Source: Klebsiella phage vB_KpM_FBKp34
DNA length: 64,000 nt
Reading direction: 5' to 3' (one strand)
Sequence record: MW394390.1
Shown: positions 54,956 to 64,000 of the stretch, one piece after another
How the letters are laid out: each line of letters opens with the position of its first letter
Position numbering within the stretch: the stretch's first letter is position 1
The notes under the pieces: model-generated
Told to the model about the DNA's origin: nothing
What the model saw: the letters and a program-made list of their open reading frames with translations, nothing else
Database searches by the model: none
Translations under genes and position numbers: made by a program

Positions 54956-57253
54956 TTGATTAACTCTGTAGTAAAGTCAAATGGTCGTACTGAAATTTTC
55001 TCTGCTGAAAAAATAAATCAAGTTATAGAATGGGCGTGTGAAGATCTTGATGTTTGTCCTTCAGATATTGCAATGAATGCTAAATTATCTATCTACGATG
55101 GTATTTCCACTAAAGACATTCATGAAACAATTATTAAAAGTGCAGCAGATTTAATTTCTGTTGAAGAACCAGATTACCAATACGTAGCTGCACGTCTTTT
55201 AATGTTTAAACTTCGAAAAGAAGCTTATGGAACATTTACCCCACCAAGTCTGTTTGATCATGTAACAGAGATGATTAATCTTGGATGGTATGATCAAGAA
55301 ATTATCACTGATTTTACAGAAGAAGAGTTTGCATATCTTGATTCAAAGATTAATCATGAACGAGATCTTGAATACGCATATGCTGCCTCTCGTGCATTCC
55401 AGGATAAATATTTGGTACAAGATAAAATCTCTGGTACTGTATTTGAGACACCTCAGATGGCCTTTATGTTAGTTGGCATGTGTCTACACTCAAAGGAGAC
55501 ATGCTCAAAAGAAGAGAGATTAAAACACATTGTAGACTTTTATGAGGCTACATCTAAAAATCTTATCTCTTTACCAACACCTATTATTGCAGGCGTTAGA
55601 ACACCAACAAGACAGTTTAGTAGTTGTGTTTTGATTGAGGCAGGAGATACAATTCACCAAATCTTTAATGCTAACACCGCACAAGGCTTCTATTCTGCAC
55701 AACGTGCTGGGATTGGTGTTAACTTAGGGATGATTCGTGGAGACGGTGCTCCTGTACGTGGTGGTAGCACAGTTCACTCTGGTCTTGTACCTATTATTCG
55801 AATGTTTCAAGAGTCTTTAGGCTGGGTTAGTCAAGGTGGACTCCGTAAAGGTAGCGCAAACTACTTCTACCCAATGTGGCACTGGGATTATGAGAATCTT
55901 GTTGTTCTTAAGAATAATCGGGGAACAGAAGAAACACGAGCACGTCATGTAGATTATACAGTGCAAGTGAATCGCTTGATGTATAAACGTTTGCAAGAAA
56001 ATGGACAAATTACATTCTTCCAGCCTAATGTGGCAAACGGTGAACTTTATAAGCTCTTCTTTGAGGATCAGGATAAGTTTGAAGAACTTTATGTTAAGCT
56101 GGAAAATGATCCTAATATTAAAAAGAAAAGTATGTCAGCTTTTGAAGCATGGAAAAATACTTTGTTAGAGAGATCGCAAACTGGTCGAATTTACATTATG
56201 AATGTGGATACTGTTAATGACACAGGACCATTTAATAAATATAAAGCACCTGTTAAGCAATCTAACCTATGTGTTGAAATTACACTTCCAACTGAGCCAA
56301 TGAATAATATTTATGAAGGTGATGGGCTGGTTTCAACATGCACCTTAGCCGCTTTCAACTTAGGTGCAGCCGATAAATATGAAGAGTTGTTACGACTTGC
56401 TCGAATTATAGTAAGGGCATTAGATAACCTGCTGGATTATCAAGACTACCCTGTAAAAGCTGCGGAAAAAGGTAAGGATTGGCGGAATCTTGGTGTTGGT
56501 GTGATCAACTATGCATATTTTCTTGCTAAAAATGGTTTACGCTATACTGACAGAAAGGCTAAGACACTTACCCATGAGTTGTTTGAAAAGATTCAGTTTG
56601 CATTACTAACAGCATCCCTTGAATTAGCTAAAGAACGCGGTGCTGCAAAAGAGTTTGACAAAACAACTTATTATGATGGAGTTTTGCCTGTAGATCGTTA
56701 TGTGAAAAAAGTTGACAACCTGCACGATGCTGAACTACAGTTAGATTGGGATTCACTTAGAGAGCAAATCAAAGTACATGGTCTTAGAAACTGCACTTTA
56801 AGCGCATTAATGCCTTCTGAATCCAGTTCTCAGGTAAGTAATGCAACGAATGGGATAGAGCCTCCACGTTCTGCATTGTCTTTCAAGTCCAGTAAAAGTG
56901 GTACGGTCAAACAGCTTGTTCCAGAGGTATCTAAGCTTAAGGATGTATACGAGTACAAATGGGATATGCATAGTTGCAGACCTTATTTAGAACTGGCTGC
57001 AATCATGCAGAAATTTGTAGACCAATCTATTTCTACAAATACACCTTATAAACCACATGATTTCAAAGAGAGTAAACTACCTCTGACTGTTATCATCAAA
57101 GATCTCGTTTTTGCTAAAGCACATGGCATTAAAACTCTTTATTACCATGAGACAGAAGATGGGAATATCCAAGAAGATAAACAGGAAGTAGCAAAACCTT
57201 TAGAGGACATTAAGCCACAAGAACCGGAACATTGTGATTCATGTGCAATTTAA
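54956..57253 (+). CDS. nrdA: ribonucleotide reductase class Ia alpha subunit NrdA
   Basis: N-terminal ATP-cone, catalytic-core motifs (NLCVEI, radical-site cysteines, C-terminal CDSCAI); TTG start after AAGGAGA. Confidence 0.9.
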   Translation: MINSVVKSNGRTEIFSAEKINQVIEWACEDLDVCPSDIAMNAKLSIYDGISTKDIHETIIKSAADLISVEEPDYQYVAARLLMFKLRKEAYGTFTPPSLFDHVTEMINLGWYDQEIITDFTEEEFAYLDSKINHERDLEYAYAASRAFQDKYLVQDKISGTVFETPQMAFMLVGMCLHSKETCSKEERLKHIVDFYEATSKNLISLPTPIIAGVRTPTRQFSSCVLIEAGDTIHQIFNANTAQGFYSAQRAGIGVNLGMIRGDGAPVRGGSTVHSGLVPIIRMFQESLGWVSQGGLRKGSANYFYPMWHWDYENLVVLKNNRGTEETRARHVDYTVQVNRLMYKRLQENGQITFFQPNVANGELYKLFFEDQDKFEELYVKLENDPNIKKKSMSAFEAWKNTLLERSQTGRIYIMNVDTVNDTGPFNKYKAPVKQSNLCVEITLPTEPMNNIYEGDGLVSTCTLAAFNLGAADKYEELLRLARIIVRALDNLLDYQDYPVKAAEKGKDWRNLGVGVINYAYFLAKNGLRYTDRKAKTLTHELFEKIQFALLTASLELAKERGAAKEFDKTTYYDGVLPVDRYVKKVDNLHDAELQLDWDSLREQIKVHGLRNCTLSALMPSESSSQVSNATNGIEPPRSALSFKSSKSGTVKQLVPEVSKLKDVYEYKWDMHSCRPYLELAAIMQKFVDQSISTNTPYKPHDFKESKLPLTVIIKDLVFAKAHGIKTLYYHETEDGNIQEDKQEVAKPLEDIKPQEPEHCDSCAI

Positions 57254-57270
57254 AATAAACGCCCACTTCG

Positions 57271-58395
57271 GTGGGCATTTACAAGGAGATAAAATTGAGT
57301 TTTACAGCATTTAATAAAAACAATTTTGATTTTATGAAACAACCAATGTTTTTTGGTGAATCTGTAAACGTAGCAAGATTTGATCAGCAACGTCATACTA
57401 AATTTGAGAAATTGACAAACAAACAATTGGGCTTTTTCTGGCGACCAGAAGAAATTAATGTTTCTAAGGATGCCTCAGATTTTAAAAGTCTGGAAGAACA
57501 TGAAAAACATATTTTCGTTTCAAACCTTCAGTATCAAACGCTTCTTGATAGTATCCAAGGTCGTGGTCCAAATGCAGTGTTTCTGCCAATTGTATCAGAC
57601 CCATCTTTAGAAAACTGGATTGAAACATGGACCTTTAGTGAAACAATTCATGCAAGAAGTTATACACATATCCTTAGAAATGCTTTTAGTAATCCCTCTG
57701 AGATTTTAGATAATATTGTTAAAACTCCAGAGATTATGGAAAGAGCTAAATCAGTATCAGAAGCATATGACACACTTTACAATTTAAACATTAAGCGAGA
57801 CTATGGAGAGAAAGTAGATCCATATGAACATGCAAAAGCCCTTTACATGTGTATGCATTCAGTAAATGCTCTTGAGGCTATTCGTTTTTATGTTAGTTTT
57901 GCTTGTTCTTTTGCTTTCGATCAATTAGGATTAATGACAGGGAACGCAGGTATAATCAAACTTATTGCCCGTGATGAAGCACTTCATTTATCTGGAACTC
58001 AATATATTATTAAACAATTCCAGAATGGTAATGAAGGCGATTTGATGGCACGTGTTGCAGAAGATTCCAAAGAAGAGTGTGAAGCATTGTTCCTTGATTG
58101 TGTTAATCAAGAAAAGAATTGGGCAGAATATCTTTTTAAAGATGGTTCTCTAATTGGTCTTAACTCTCAAATCCTTAAAGGGTATGTTGAATATATTTCT
58201 GAACAACGAGCACGAGCAGTAGGACTGCAACTACCATTTCAAACAACTAGGAATCCTATTAGTTGGATTAGCAGTTATCTTAATTCTAATATGGTTCAGG
58301 TTACTCCCCAAGAGAAAGAACTTGATTCATATTTAACGGGAAGTTTGGATACAAATGTTACACCGGACTTCTTATCTAAACTTAAAATTGATTAA
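57271..58395 (+). CDS. nrdB: ribonucleotide reductase beta subunit NrdB
   Basis: Di-iron ligand motifs (ExxH pairs), tyrosyl radical region; GTG start. Confidence 0.9.
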   Translation: MGIYKEIKLSFTAFNKNNFDFMKQPMFFGESVNVARFDQQRHTKFEKLTNKQLGFFWRPEEINVSKDASDFKSLEEHEKHIFVSNLQYQTLLDSIQGRGPNAVFLPIVSDPSLENWIETWTFSETIHARSYTHILRNAFSNPSEILDNIVKTPEIMERAKSVSEAYDTLYNLNIKRDYGEKVDPYEHAKALYMCMHSVNALEAIRFYVSFACSFAFDQLGLMTGNAGIIKLIARDEALHLSGTQYIIKQFQNGNEGDLMARVAEDSKEECEALFLDCVNQEKNWAEYLFKDGSLIGLNSQILKGYVEYISEQRARAVGLQLPFQTTRNPISWISSYLNSNMVQVTPQEKELDSYLTGSLDTNVTPDFLSKLKID

Positions 58396-58407
58396 CATGG
58401 AGAAACA

Positions 58408-58662
58408 ATGGGATATGTAATTTATGGCAAAGAGAATTGTAAGTTTTGCACGGCAGCGAAGAATCTTCTGGATGAAAAAGGTAAAACCTACACATACAAA
58501 CAACTTGGAGTTGATGTCACAAAAGAAGAACTTGTTGAGTACTGTCAACAATTTGGAGTAGTCCCAAGAACTGTACCGCAGATTTTTTGTTATAGTTTTG
58601 GTGAAATGGATTATATTGGTGGCTTTGAAGAACTGCAAAAAGCAATTAAATTCGATATTTGA
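58408..58662 (+). CDS. glutaredoxin (NrdH/Grx-like)
   Basis: CKFC active-site CxxC motif, 84 aa. Confidence 0.7.
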   Translation: MGYVIYGKENCKFCTAAKNLLDEKGKTYTYKQLGVDVTKEELVEYCQQFGVVPRTVPQIFCYSFGEMDYIGGFEELQKAIKFDI

Positions 58663-58670
58663 GGTGAATT

Positions 58671-58811
58671 ATGAAAGGTAAAACTCGTCGTAAAATGATG
58701 GCAATTGAAATGTCTAAAGAACTCCGCTCTAAAGTTAATAAAACTAAACCTAAGAAAGCAGGTAGTGCGGAACATAAATTATTCGAGCAATTAGACAAGG
58801 GTGAAGAATAA
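58671..58811 (+). CDS. small basic ORF (46 aa)
   Basis: GAGGTG RBS; MKGKTRRKMMAIEMSKELRSKVNKTKPKKAGSAEHKLFEQLDKGEE. Confidence 0.3.
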   Translation: MKGKTRRKMMAIEMSKELRSKVNKTKPKKAGSAEHKLFEQLDKGEE

Positions 58812-59212
58812 TGTCAAATTTTGATGAAATTTTAAAAGACCAGTTAACTATTTCTTACGAAGCGGTTAGGTCTGAATTAGAGAGATCACTAGAGGATTAC
58901 CTTGAGTTACAGAAGGCTTATAAAGATGCTTCAGATTTTACTGTAGAAGAGGCTAGAGATTATCTTGCAGAAGTTGAAATTACCATTGAGAACATTCAAC
59001 AAGGTATAGAGAAAGCAAAAGATCCTAAACTTCAGGATTGGTTCCTTACAGAAGGATTACGACTTATTAAGTCTGCAATTACAGAAGAAGATTATGAAAT
59101 TATGAAAAAGGGAATGGAAATATCTTATCGTCTAGAAGATTCCACTCATGACCATTTTATAGAACTGGCTAAACATCTAATCCATAACCAAGAAAAGAAA
59201 CTAGTACATTGA
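58811..59212 (+). CDS. hypothetical protein
   Basis: 133 aa acidic helical ORF. Confidence 0.4.
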   Translation: MSNFDEILKDQLTISYEAVRSELERSLEDYLELQKAYKDASDFTVEEARDYLAEVEITIENIQQGIEKAKDPKLQDWFLTEGLRLIKSAITEEDYEIMKKGMEISYRLEDSTHDHFIELAKHLIHNQEKKLVH

Positions 59213-59221
59213 GGTTAAAAT

Positions 59222-59716
59222 ATGAATCTAAGTGAAAAAGGTGAGAATCTATTAAAAAGCATAGAAGTATTGTCTACTCAACCTTATGATGATCAGAAAG
59301 GCATTAAATCTGCACCTATCAAATCTTGGGTAAAAGGTGCAACTATTGGATATGGCTACTTGATTTCAGAATCTGAATGGCCTAAGTATAAAAATGGTAT
59401 CACAGTTCAACAGGCGGATGCATTGTATGATGCTAAGATTAAACCTTATGTAGATGCTGTAAACTCAAGCATCAAAGTTAAAATTTCTCAAAATCAGTTT
59501 GATGCTTTAGTCATCTTGTGCTACAACATCGGTATTACCGGTTTTAAAGGCTCTTCTGTAGTTAAGATGATAAATGGGCAACCAACATCTTACAAGTCAT
59601 TAGAGGCAGCATGGAAGGCTTGGAATAAATCTCAGGGGAAAGTTAATCAGGGAGTAATCAATCGAAGAAATGCGGAGTGGAATATTTATACAAAAGGTGT
59701 CTATTCTAGATGGTAA
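59222..59716 (+). CDS. endolysin, GH24 (T4-type) lysozyme
   Basis: Catalytic region EGxxLxAYxDxxGxxTxGxG pattern (TIGYGYLI...), QNQFDALVILCYNIG. Confidence 0.8.
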   Translation: MNLSEKGENLLKSIEVLSTQPYDDQKGIKSAPIKSWVKGATIGYGYLISESEWPKYKNGITVQQADALYDAKIKPYVDAVNSSIKVKISQNQFDALVILCYNIGITGFKGSSVVKMINGQPTSYKSLEAAWKAWNKSQGKVNQGVINRRNAEWNIYTKGVYSRW

Positions 59717-59793
59717 CACTTGACTTCTGATTGAAGATTTGATATAAGTTAATTAGCCCACTGATTTGGTGGGCATAACAAAAGGAGAGTAGT

Positions 59794-60540
59794 ATGCCTA
59801 AGCAAAATCGTCGTGACCGTATTGATCGTAAAGCTGCAAAAGTTCACAGTGCATACCAGGAGAAGGCTGTTATCAATAATGACTGGAAACTAGATTGGTT
59901 CACACCAAGTGAAGCGCAAGAAGAGATTGTCTATGGCATGGATCGTCATGATTTAACTATTGTAGATGGTCCATCTGGGACAGGTAAAACTTCCACTGCT
60001 GTGTGGAAAGCTTTGATGGATTTAAAACAAGGGCATTATCGTAAAATTGTATTCATCAAAAACCCTACTGAAGCTGGTGATGACATGATTGGTTATCTGA
60101 AAGGAGAAGTGCAAGACAAGCTTGCTGTACATTTTTCAGAAATGAAGAGAATCTTTCTAAACTTTGTTTCTAAGGGGAAATTGGAAAGTGATGAAGGTAC
60201 ACGACTTGAATTCACCATTCCTAACTATTTGCTAGGTACAACTTTCGATGATTCAATCATTATTGTAGACGAAGGACAGACATTCTCACCTAATACTATG
60301 AAGCTAGTTTTAGAGCGGGCTGGAGAGGGTAGTCGGGTGGTAGTATGTGGTGACTCGCGGCAGAGATATTCTGTTAAGAAGCGTGATGATGGCTTCTCTG
60401 ATTTAATTTCTAAAGTAACAGTACAATCAGAAGACGGTTTTATTGAAAGTAATCATGAACTGATTCACTATGTTAAACTTACCACCGATGAGAACCAACG
60501 TAGTGAACTGTCTAAACTGATTACAGAACTTTATGCATGA
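59794..60540 (+). CDS. phoH: PhoH-like ATPase
   Basis: Walker A DGPSGTGKTSTA and PhoH-family length/organisation. Confidence 0.85.
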   Translation: MPKQNRRDRIDRKAAKVHSAYQEKAVINNDWKLDWFTPSEAQEEIVYGMDRHDLTIVDGPSGTGKTSTAVWKALMDLKQGHYRKIVFIKNPTEAGDDMIGYLKGEVQDKLAVHFSEMKRIFLNFVSKGKLESDEGTRLEFTIPNYLLGTTFDDSIIIVDEGQTFSPNTMKLVLERAGEGSRVVVCGDSRQRYSVKKRDDGFSDLISKVTVQSEDGFIESNHELIHYVKLTTDENQRSELSKLITELYA

Positions 60541-60546
60541 GGTTAA

Positions 60547-61008
60547 ATGACAATATTAGCTACCATAGATAAGGAGAAAGTTGATGAAGCTTACAGGTTT
60601 GGATTAGTTAAACCTAACGAGTATTCATATATTAGAGACAATATAATTATGCGAGAAATCTTCCTTAGAACTGAAGACCTCTTGGGAAAATTCAAATTTG
60701 GTAAAAATATTGTTTTTAATTTTTATAAACAACTTACAGATAAAACAAATATTTCAGACGCAATTTTAGATTTAGCTTACCAAGAATCAGAAGACCTTTT
60801 GATTGATATTGATGATATAAGACTTCTGGTTTTGTCTGATGTAGCTTATAAGAAAGCAACTTTAGTAAGAGACCTTGGTGATTTAAATAAATCAAGTCTT
60901 GTTACAGGTGGTATCGTAGCAGATAAAGACACAATACGTGCTTTGGAGTATCTCCTTAAATACAAAAAAGGTATGTGGGAACTCTTAAGTTATATCGAAG
61001 AGGAATAA
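60547..61008 (+). CDS. hypothetical protein
   Basis: 153 aa ORF. Confidence 0.4.
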   Translation: MTILATIDKEKVDEAYRFGLVKPNEYSYIRDNIIMREIFLRTEDLLGKFKFGKNIVFNFYKQLTDKTNISDAILDLAYQESEDLLIDIDDIRLLVLSDVAYKKATLVRDLGDLNKSSLVTGGIVADKDTIRALEYLLKYKKGMWELLSYIEEE

Positions 61009-61045
61009 TCAATAATGGCAAGGATGCCTAGAAGAGGAGAGTAAA

Positions 61046-61960
61046 ATGACTACAATTGCAACACGTAATGGCGTAATGGTTTCAGATGGGCAGGTTAGTT
61101 TTGGAGATCGTATTGATCAAACAAATTTAAAGAAAGTTAGGAAGATTAATGGTTGTTTAGTTGGTGGTGCAGGTAGACTCTCCAGTGTACTCCAATTCTT
61201 TAATTGGTTTGAAGAGTGGAGTAATGCTCAAGTAGTGCAAGGTGAATCACCACATGTTCAAGTTTTTATTCCTGAGAATATTGATGATGAAGATTTTACT
61301 GGCATCGTAGTTTTTACTGATGGAGTGATCTTCATGTATGAAGGCGGGAAGCGATGCTATGAAATTGTAGGGGCTGAGTATTATGCTATTGGCTCTGGTG
61401 CTGATTTTGCCTTATCTGCCATGGATGCAGGGGCTAGTGCAGAAGATGCTGTTAAGGTTGCAATCAAGCGAGATGTCTTTAGTGGTGGAGAATTGTTTAT
61501 TGAGCACTTGGATGAAGAACCTGAAGAGCTTACTAAAGAAAAAGCTGAAGGTATGAGTAAAGAAGAATTAGTTAGATATATCTTTGGGGAAGAAACAGTT
61601 AATGAAGATATTAAATCTGAAATCTTAGATGAAGTAGATGAGGATGATGAGATTATTGCTGAAACAGCCACGCTAGCACTTTTTAAAGATGGATTCCTTC
61701 AAGTATTCTCTGGCGATGGTGAAACTCTGAAAGGAGAATGCCTGAATATAAAAGTTGAGGGTGGCGCTAACCAATGTTTAGAAATTCTAAGTAAGAAGGA
61801 CATTTTGAATAACTTACAAGCATTTGGTATTTTTGCAAAAGAAAAATCACTTAAGTCAGAGCTTAAGACTAAACTTTACAATAAACTTGTCTCTATTTAT
61901 GAGGAAAATTTGAATGCTACAAAATTACCAGACCTTCTATCAGAAACTGATAATTCCTGA
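61046..61960 (+). CDS. HslV-like (ClpQ) Ntn-hydrolase protease domain with acidic C-terminal extension
   Basis: MTTIATRNGVMVSDGQVSFGDR...KKVRKINGCLVGGAG aligns with HslV N-terminus (Thr2 nucleophile), later AIGSGADFALSAMDAG matches HslV AIGSGGPYA; about 130 aa Glu/Asp-rich tail. Confidence 0.6.
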   Translation: MTTIATRNGVMVSDGQVSFGDRIDQTNLKKVRKINGCLVGGAGRLSSVLQFFNWFEEWSNAQVVQGESPHVQVFIPENIDDEDFTGIVVFTDGVIFMYEGGKRCYEIVGAEYYAIGSGADFALSAMDAGASAEDAVKVAIKRDVFSGGELFIEHLDEEPEELTKEKAEGMSKEELVRYIFGEETVNEDIKSEILDEVDEDDEIIAETATLALFKDGFLQVFSGDGETLKGECLNIKVEGGANQCLEILSKKDILNNLQAFGIFAKEKSLKSELKTKLYNKLVSIYEENLNATKLPDLLSETDNS

Positions 61961-62687
61961 TGAGAAAGATCTTTATATTGTCTCCGATGTACACGGTATG
62001 TATGCCCTCTATAAAGAGGGCTGTAAAAGACTTGGTATCAAAGATTCTGATGTTGTCATATCCCTTGGTGATTTAGGTGATCGTGGGAAAGAAAATCTAA
62101 AAATGTTTGTAGAGTTCACACAGAAAGAAAATCGATATATGGTTCTCGGGAATCATGAAAAGATGATGATGGATGCCCTGTCAGACCGAAACTGGTATCA
62201 TTGTTGGTATCAGAATGGTGGTCATAGCGTCTTAGATGAAGTAGGTGAATCTGGTATGGAAGTTTTGTGTAAATGGCTTAATCAGAAGCCTGTTGTACTT
62301 GAAGTTCATCACAGAGGTAAGAAACTAGGTTTTATTCATGGTGGAATTCCTTGTAAGTATCAGAGTGTAGGTTTCGAGTATGAAGACACCACTTGGGATG
62401 AAGCCTTGGATATGCTAAAAACTGATAAAGGTCGTGAATCTTTAATGTGGGATAGGAATACTTTAGAAGCTTATTTTTATCATCTGGCGGATCCAAGATC
62501 TTCTGGTGAAGTTAAACCTATTTTAGATATTGATTATGTTTTTCACGGGCATTCTTACGTAAAAGAACCTACATATGTTGCAAACAGAATTTATACTGAT
62601 ACAGGCTCTGTTTTTAATGGTAAACTATGTTTTACTTGGTTAGATGATAACAAACTTAAACATTATATTACAGGAGAAGATGAATAA
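61914..62687 (+). CDS. Ser/Thr protein phosphatase (lambda PPase-like metallophosphoesterase)
   Basis: DVHG, GDLGDRG, GNHE motifs. Confidence 0.7.
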   Translation: MLQNYQTFYQKLIIPDEKDLYIVSDVHGMYALYKEGCKRLGIKDSDVVISLGDLGDRGKENLKMFVEFTQKENRYMVLGNHEKMMMDALSDRNWYHCWYQNGGHSVLDEVGESGMEVLCKWLNQKPVVLEVHHRGKKLGFIHGGIPCKYQSVGFEYEDTTWDEALDMLKTDKGRESLMWDRNTLEAYFYHLADPRSSGEVKPILDIDYVFHGHSYVKEPTYVANRIYTDTGSVFNGKLCFTWLDDNKLKHYITGEDE

Positions 62688-62953
62688 TGATATATAAAGT
62701 AAAAATTACTCGGATTGTTGGTGATGTTTCAGTAACATATGAGATAGAGACGGAAGATAAAAGTTTTGCAGAATCTTTTATAGCGAAAGATAAAGAAGAA
62801 TCTCAAACTGAGAGTGAATCAAAATCCAAACTTGAAGACCTAGTTAAGGAATTGAAGACTAAAGATTCCTCTGATTGGAAACCTTGGCCTTTTGGTGGAA
62901 TTGAATGTTGGCTAAATCAACCTAAGTCTGAAACAAATGGATTTGGTAAATGA
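62687..62953 (+). CDS. hypothetical protein
   Basis: 88 aa ORF. Confidence 0.4.
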   Translation: MIYKVKITRIVGDVSVTYEIETEDKSFAESFIAKDKEESQTESESKSKLEDLVKELKTKDSSDWKPWPFGGIECWLNQPKSETNGFGK

Positions 62954-63516
62954 GAAATAAATATTTTACTTTGGTTGGGAGTAGGCATATTTCAGAAAAA
63001 GAGTATTTAACCTTGTTTGGCCTGGCTAAATACTTTGCTCAACATGGTTACATCCTTCGTTCTGGTAAAGCGGAGGGTGCTGATACAGCAGGTGAGCTTG
63101 GCTTTAGAGAAGGTACATACCTGAAACCTGAAATTTATATTCCTTGGAAAAATTTCAAAGGTGGAAGTGTTTTACTCGGAGATGAGATTGTTTTACCAAT
63201 GCCAAAAGAAACCTTAGAATATGTTAAAAAGATTCACCCAGCTTTTGAAAGATTATCTCAAGGCGCTCTTAAACTTCATCAAAGAAATATTCACCAAGTC
63301 TTAGGTTTAGACTTAAACACTCCCTCTGAAGTCTTAATTGCTTGTGCTGATTTCAAGTTTGATAGATACAATGTTGAGAGAGTGAAAGGTGGTACGGCAA
63401 CAGCATGGAATTTAGCAAAAGAGTTCAATATTCCATGTATTAATATTAGGAATAGAAGTAAAGAAGAGATTTTAACAGAGTTTAGAAAAATTTATGGAGA
63501 TGATTTTGGCAAATAA
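62950..63516 (+). CDS. DprA/SLOG-like Rossmann-fold protein
   Basis: FTLVGSRHIS...LRSGKAEGADTAG resembles the DprA/LOG nucleotide-binding motif. Confidence 0.3.
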   Translation: MRNKYFTLVGSRHISEKEYLTLFGLAKYFAQHGYILRSGKAEGADTAGELGFREGTYLKPEIYIPWKNFKGGSVLLGDEIVLPMPKETLEYVKKIHPAFERLSQGALKLHQRNIHQVLGLDLNTPSEVLIACADFKFDRYNVERVKGGTATAWNLAKEFNIPCINIRNRSKEEILTEFRKIYGDDFGK

Positions 63517-64000
63517 TTATGAAAAGCCTAGTAATGAGTATTACCCTACACCGGAATATACCGTTTTGGACCTCTTTGAGGTAATTCCTATTAGATCAGA
63601 TTGGACATACTTAGAGCCTTGCAGAGGAGAGGCAAATTCTTTCTATAAATATATGCCGGAAGGCTCTCAGTGGGCTGAACTGAGTGAAGGTGTTGACTAT
63701 CTTACAACACCTTTTCAACATGTAGATTGTATTATTACAAATCCTCCATTCAGTTTATCTATCCCTTTCCTAGAGAAAAGTTTTACGGAGGCAGATGTTA
63801 TTATTTATTTGCAAAGGGCAAATTTTCTTGGATCTAAGAAGAGGAAAGAATTTTGGAATAAAAATAAACCAGATGCATTAATCACCTTAACAAAAAGACC
63901 AAGATTCAAAGGTGGCAAAGGGGATATGACAGAGTATTGTTATTATGTTTGGGACAAGAAGAACAGATTAGGATTAGAAGACACTTTCTATTTTGTCTGA
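63494..64000 (+). CDS. DNA N6-adenine (or N4-cytosine) methyltransferase
   Basis: Motif IV IITNPPF; stop TGA at the window end. Confidence 0.6.
   Translation: MEMILANNYEKPSNEYYPTPEYTVLDLFEVIPIRSDWTYLEPCRGEANSFYKYMPEGSQWAELSEGVDYLTTPFQHVDCIITNPPFSLSIPFLEKSFTEADVIIYLQRANFLGSKKRKEFWNKNKPDALITLTKRPRFKGGKGDMTEYCYYVWDKKNRLGLEDTFYFV

Overview
This 64 kb window is an AT-rich segment of a tailed dsDNA phage genome with a contractile tail (myovirus-like). The overlapping Rz/Rz1-type spanin pair implies a Gram-negative host. Three blocks are visible. (1) Positions 1-21.3 kb, minus strand, hold the late structural operon. Read right to left it encodes a small basic protein, large terminase, portal, prohead protease-like protein, scaffold, decoration-like protein, major capsid protein, neck proteins, tail sheath, tail tube, chaperones, tape measure, a Mu/P2-like baseplate (hub, spike, gp25/W-like, J-like) and tail fibers. 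It has a strong sigma70-like promoter and rho-independent terminators after the capsid and tail tube genes. (2) Positions 21.4-29.2 kb hold a minus-strand tRNA region. I count about 20 tRNA or tRNA-like genes, several non-canonical or degenerate. It is interrupted by the spanin pair, a TnpB-only IS200/IS605-family element, a few small ORFs and hypothetical genes. It ends next to a gene for a putative Ro60/TROVE-like plus vWA protein. (3) Positions 29.4-64 kb hold auxiliary, nucleotide-metabolism and replication/recombination genes, mostly on the plus strand. These are a NAD salvage module (Nampt, PRPP synthetase, NadR-like Nmnat/RNK, PnuC) interrupted by an HNH endonuclease, a Sir2-domain protein and a candidate RNA healing/sealing trio (metallophosphoesterase, Rnl-like ligase, P-loop kinase). 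Further genes are DNA ligase, MazG-like, RdgC, FEN-type 5'-nuclease, RuvC-like and endonuclease VII-like resolvases, DnaQ-like exonuclease, HAD nucleotidase, ThyX, NrdA/NrdB plus glutaredoxin, GH24 lysozyme, PhoH, an HslV-like Ntn protease, a Ser/Thr phosphatase and an N6-adenine methyltransferase. The most interesting candidate system is the Ro60-like/vWA gene followed on the same strand by a circularly permuted tRNA-like RNA module, which would be a phage Rsr/Y-RNA-like pair at the edge of the tRNA cluster. All calls rest on sequence motifs read by eye; no database searches were run.
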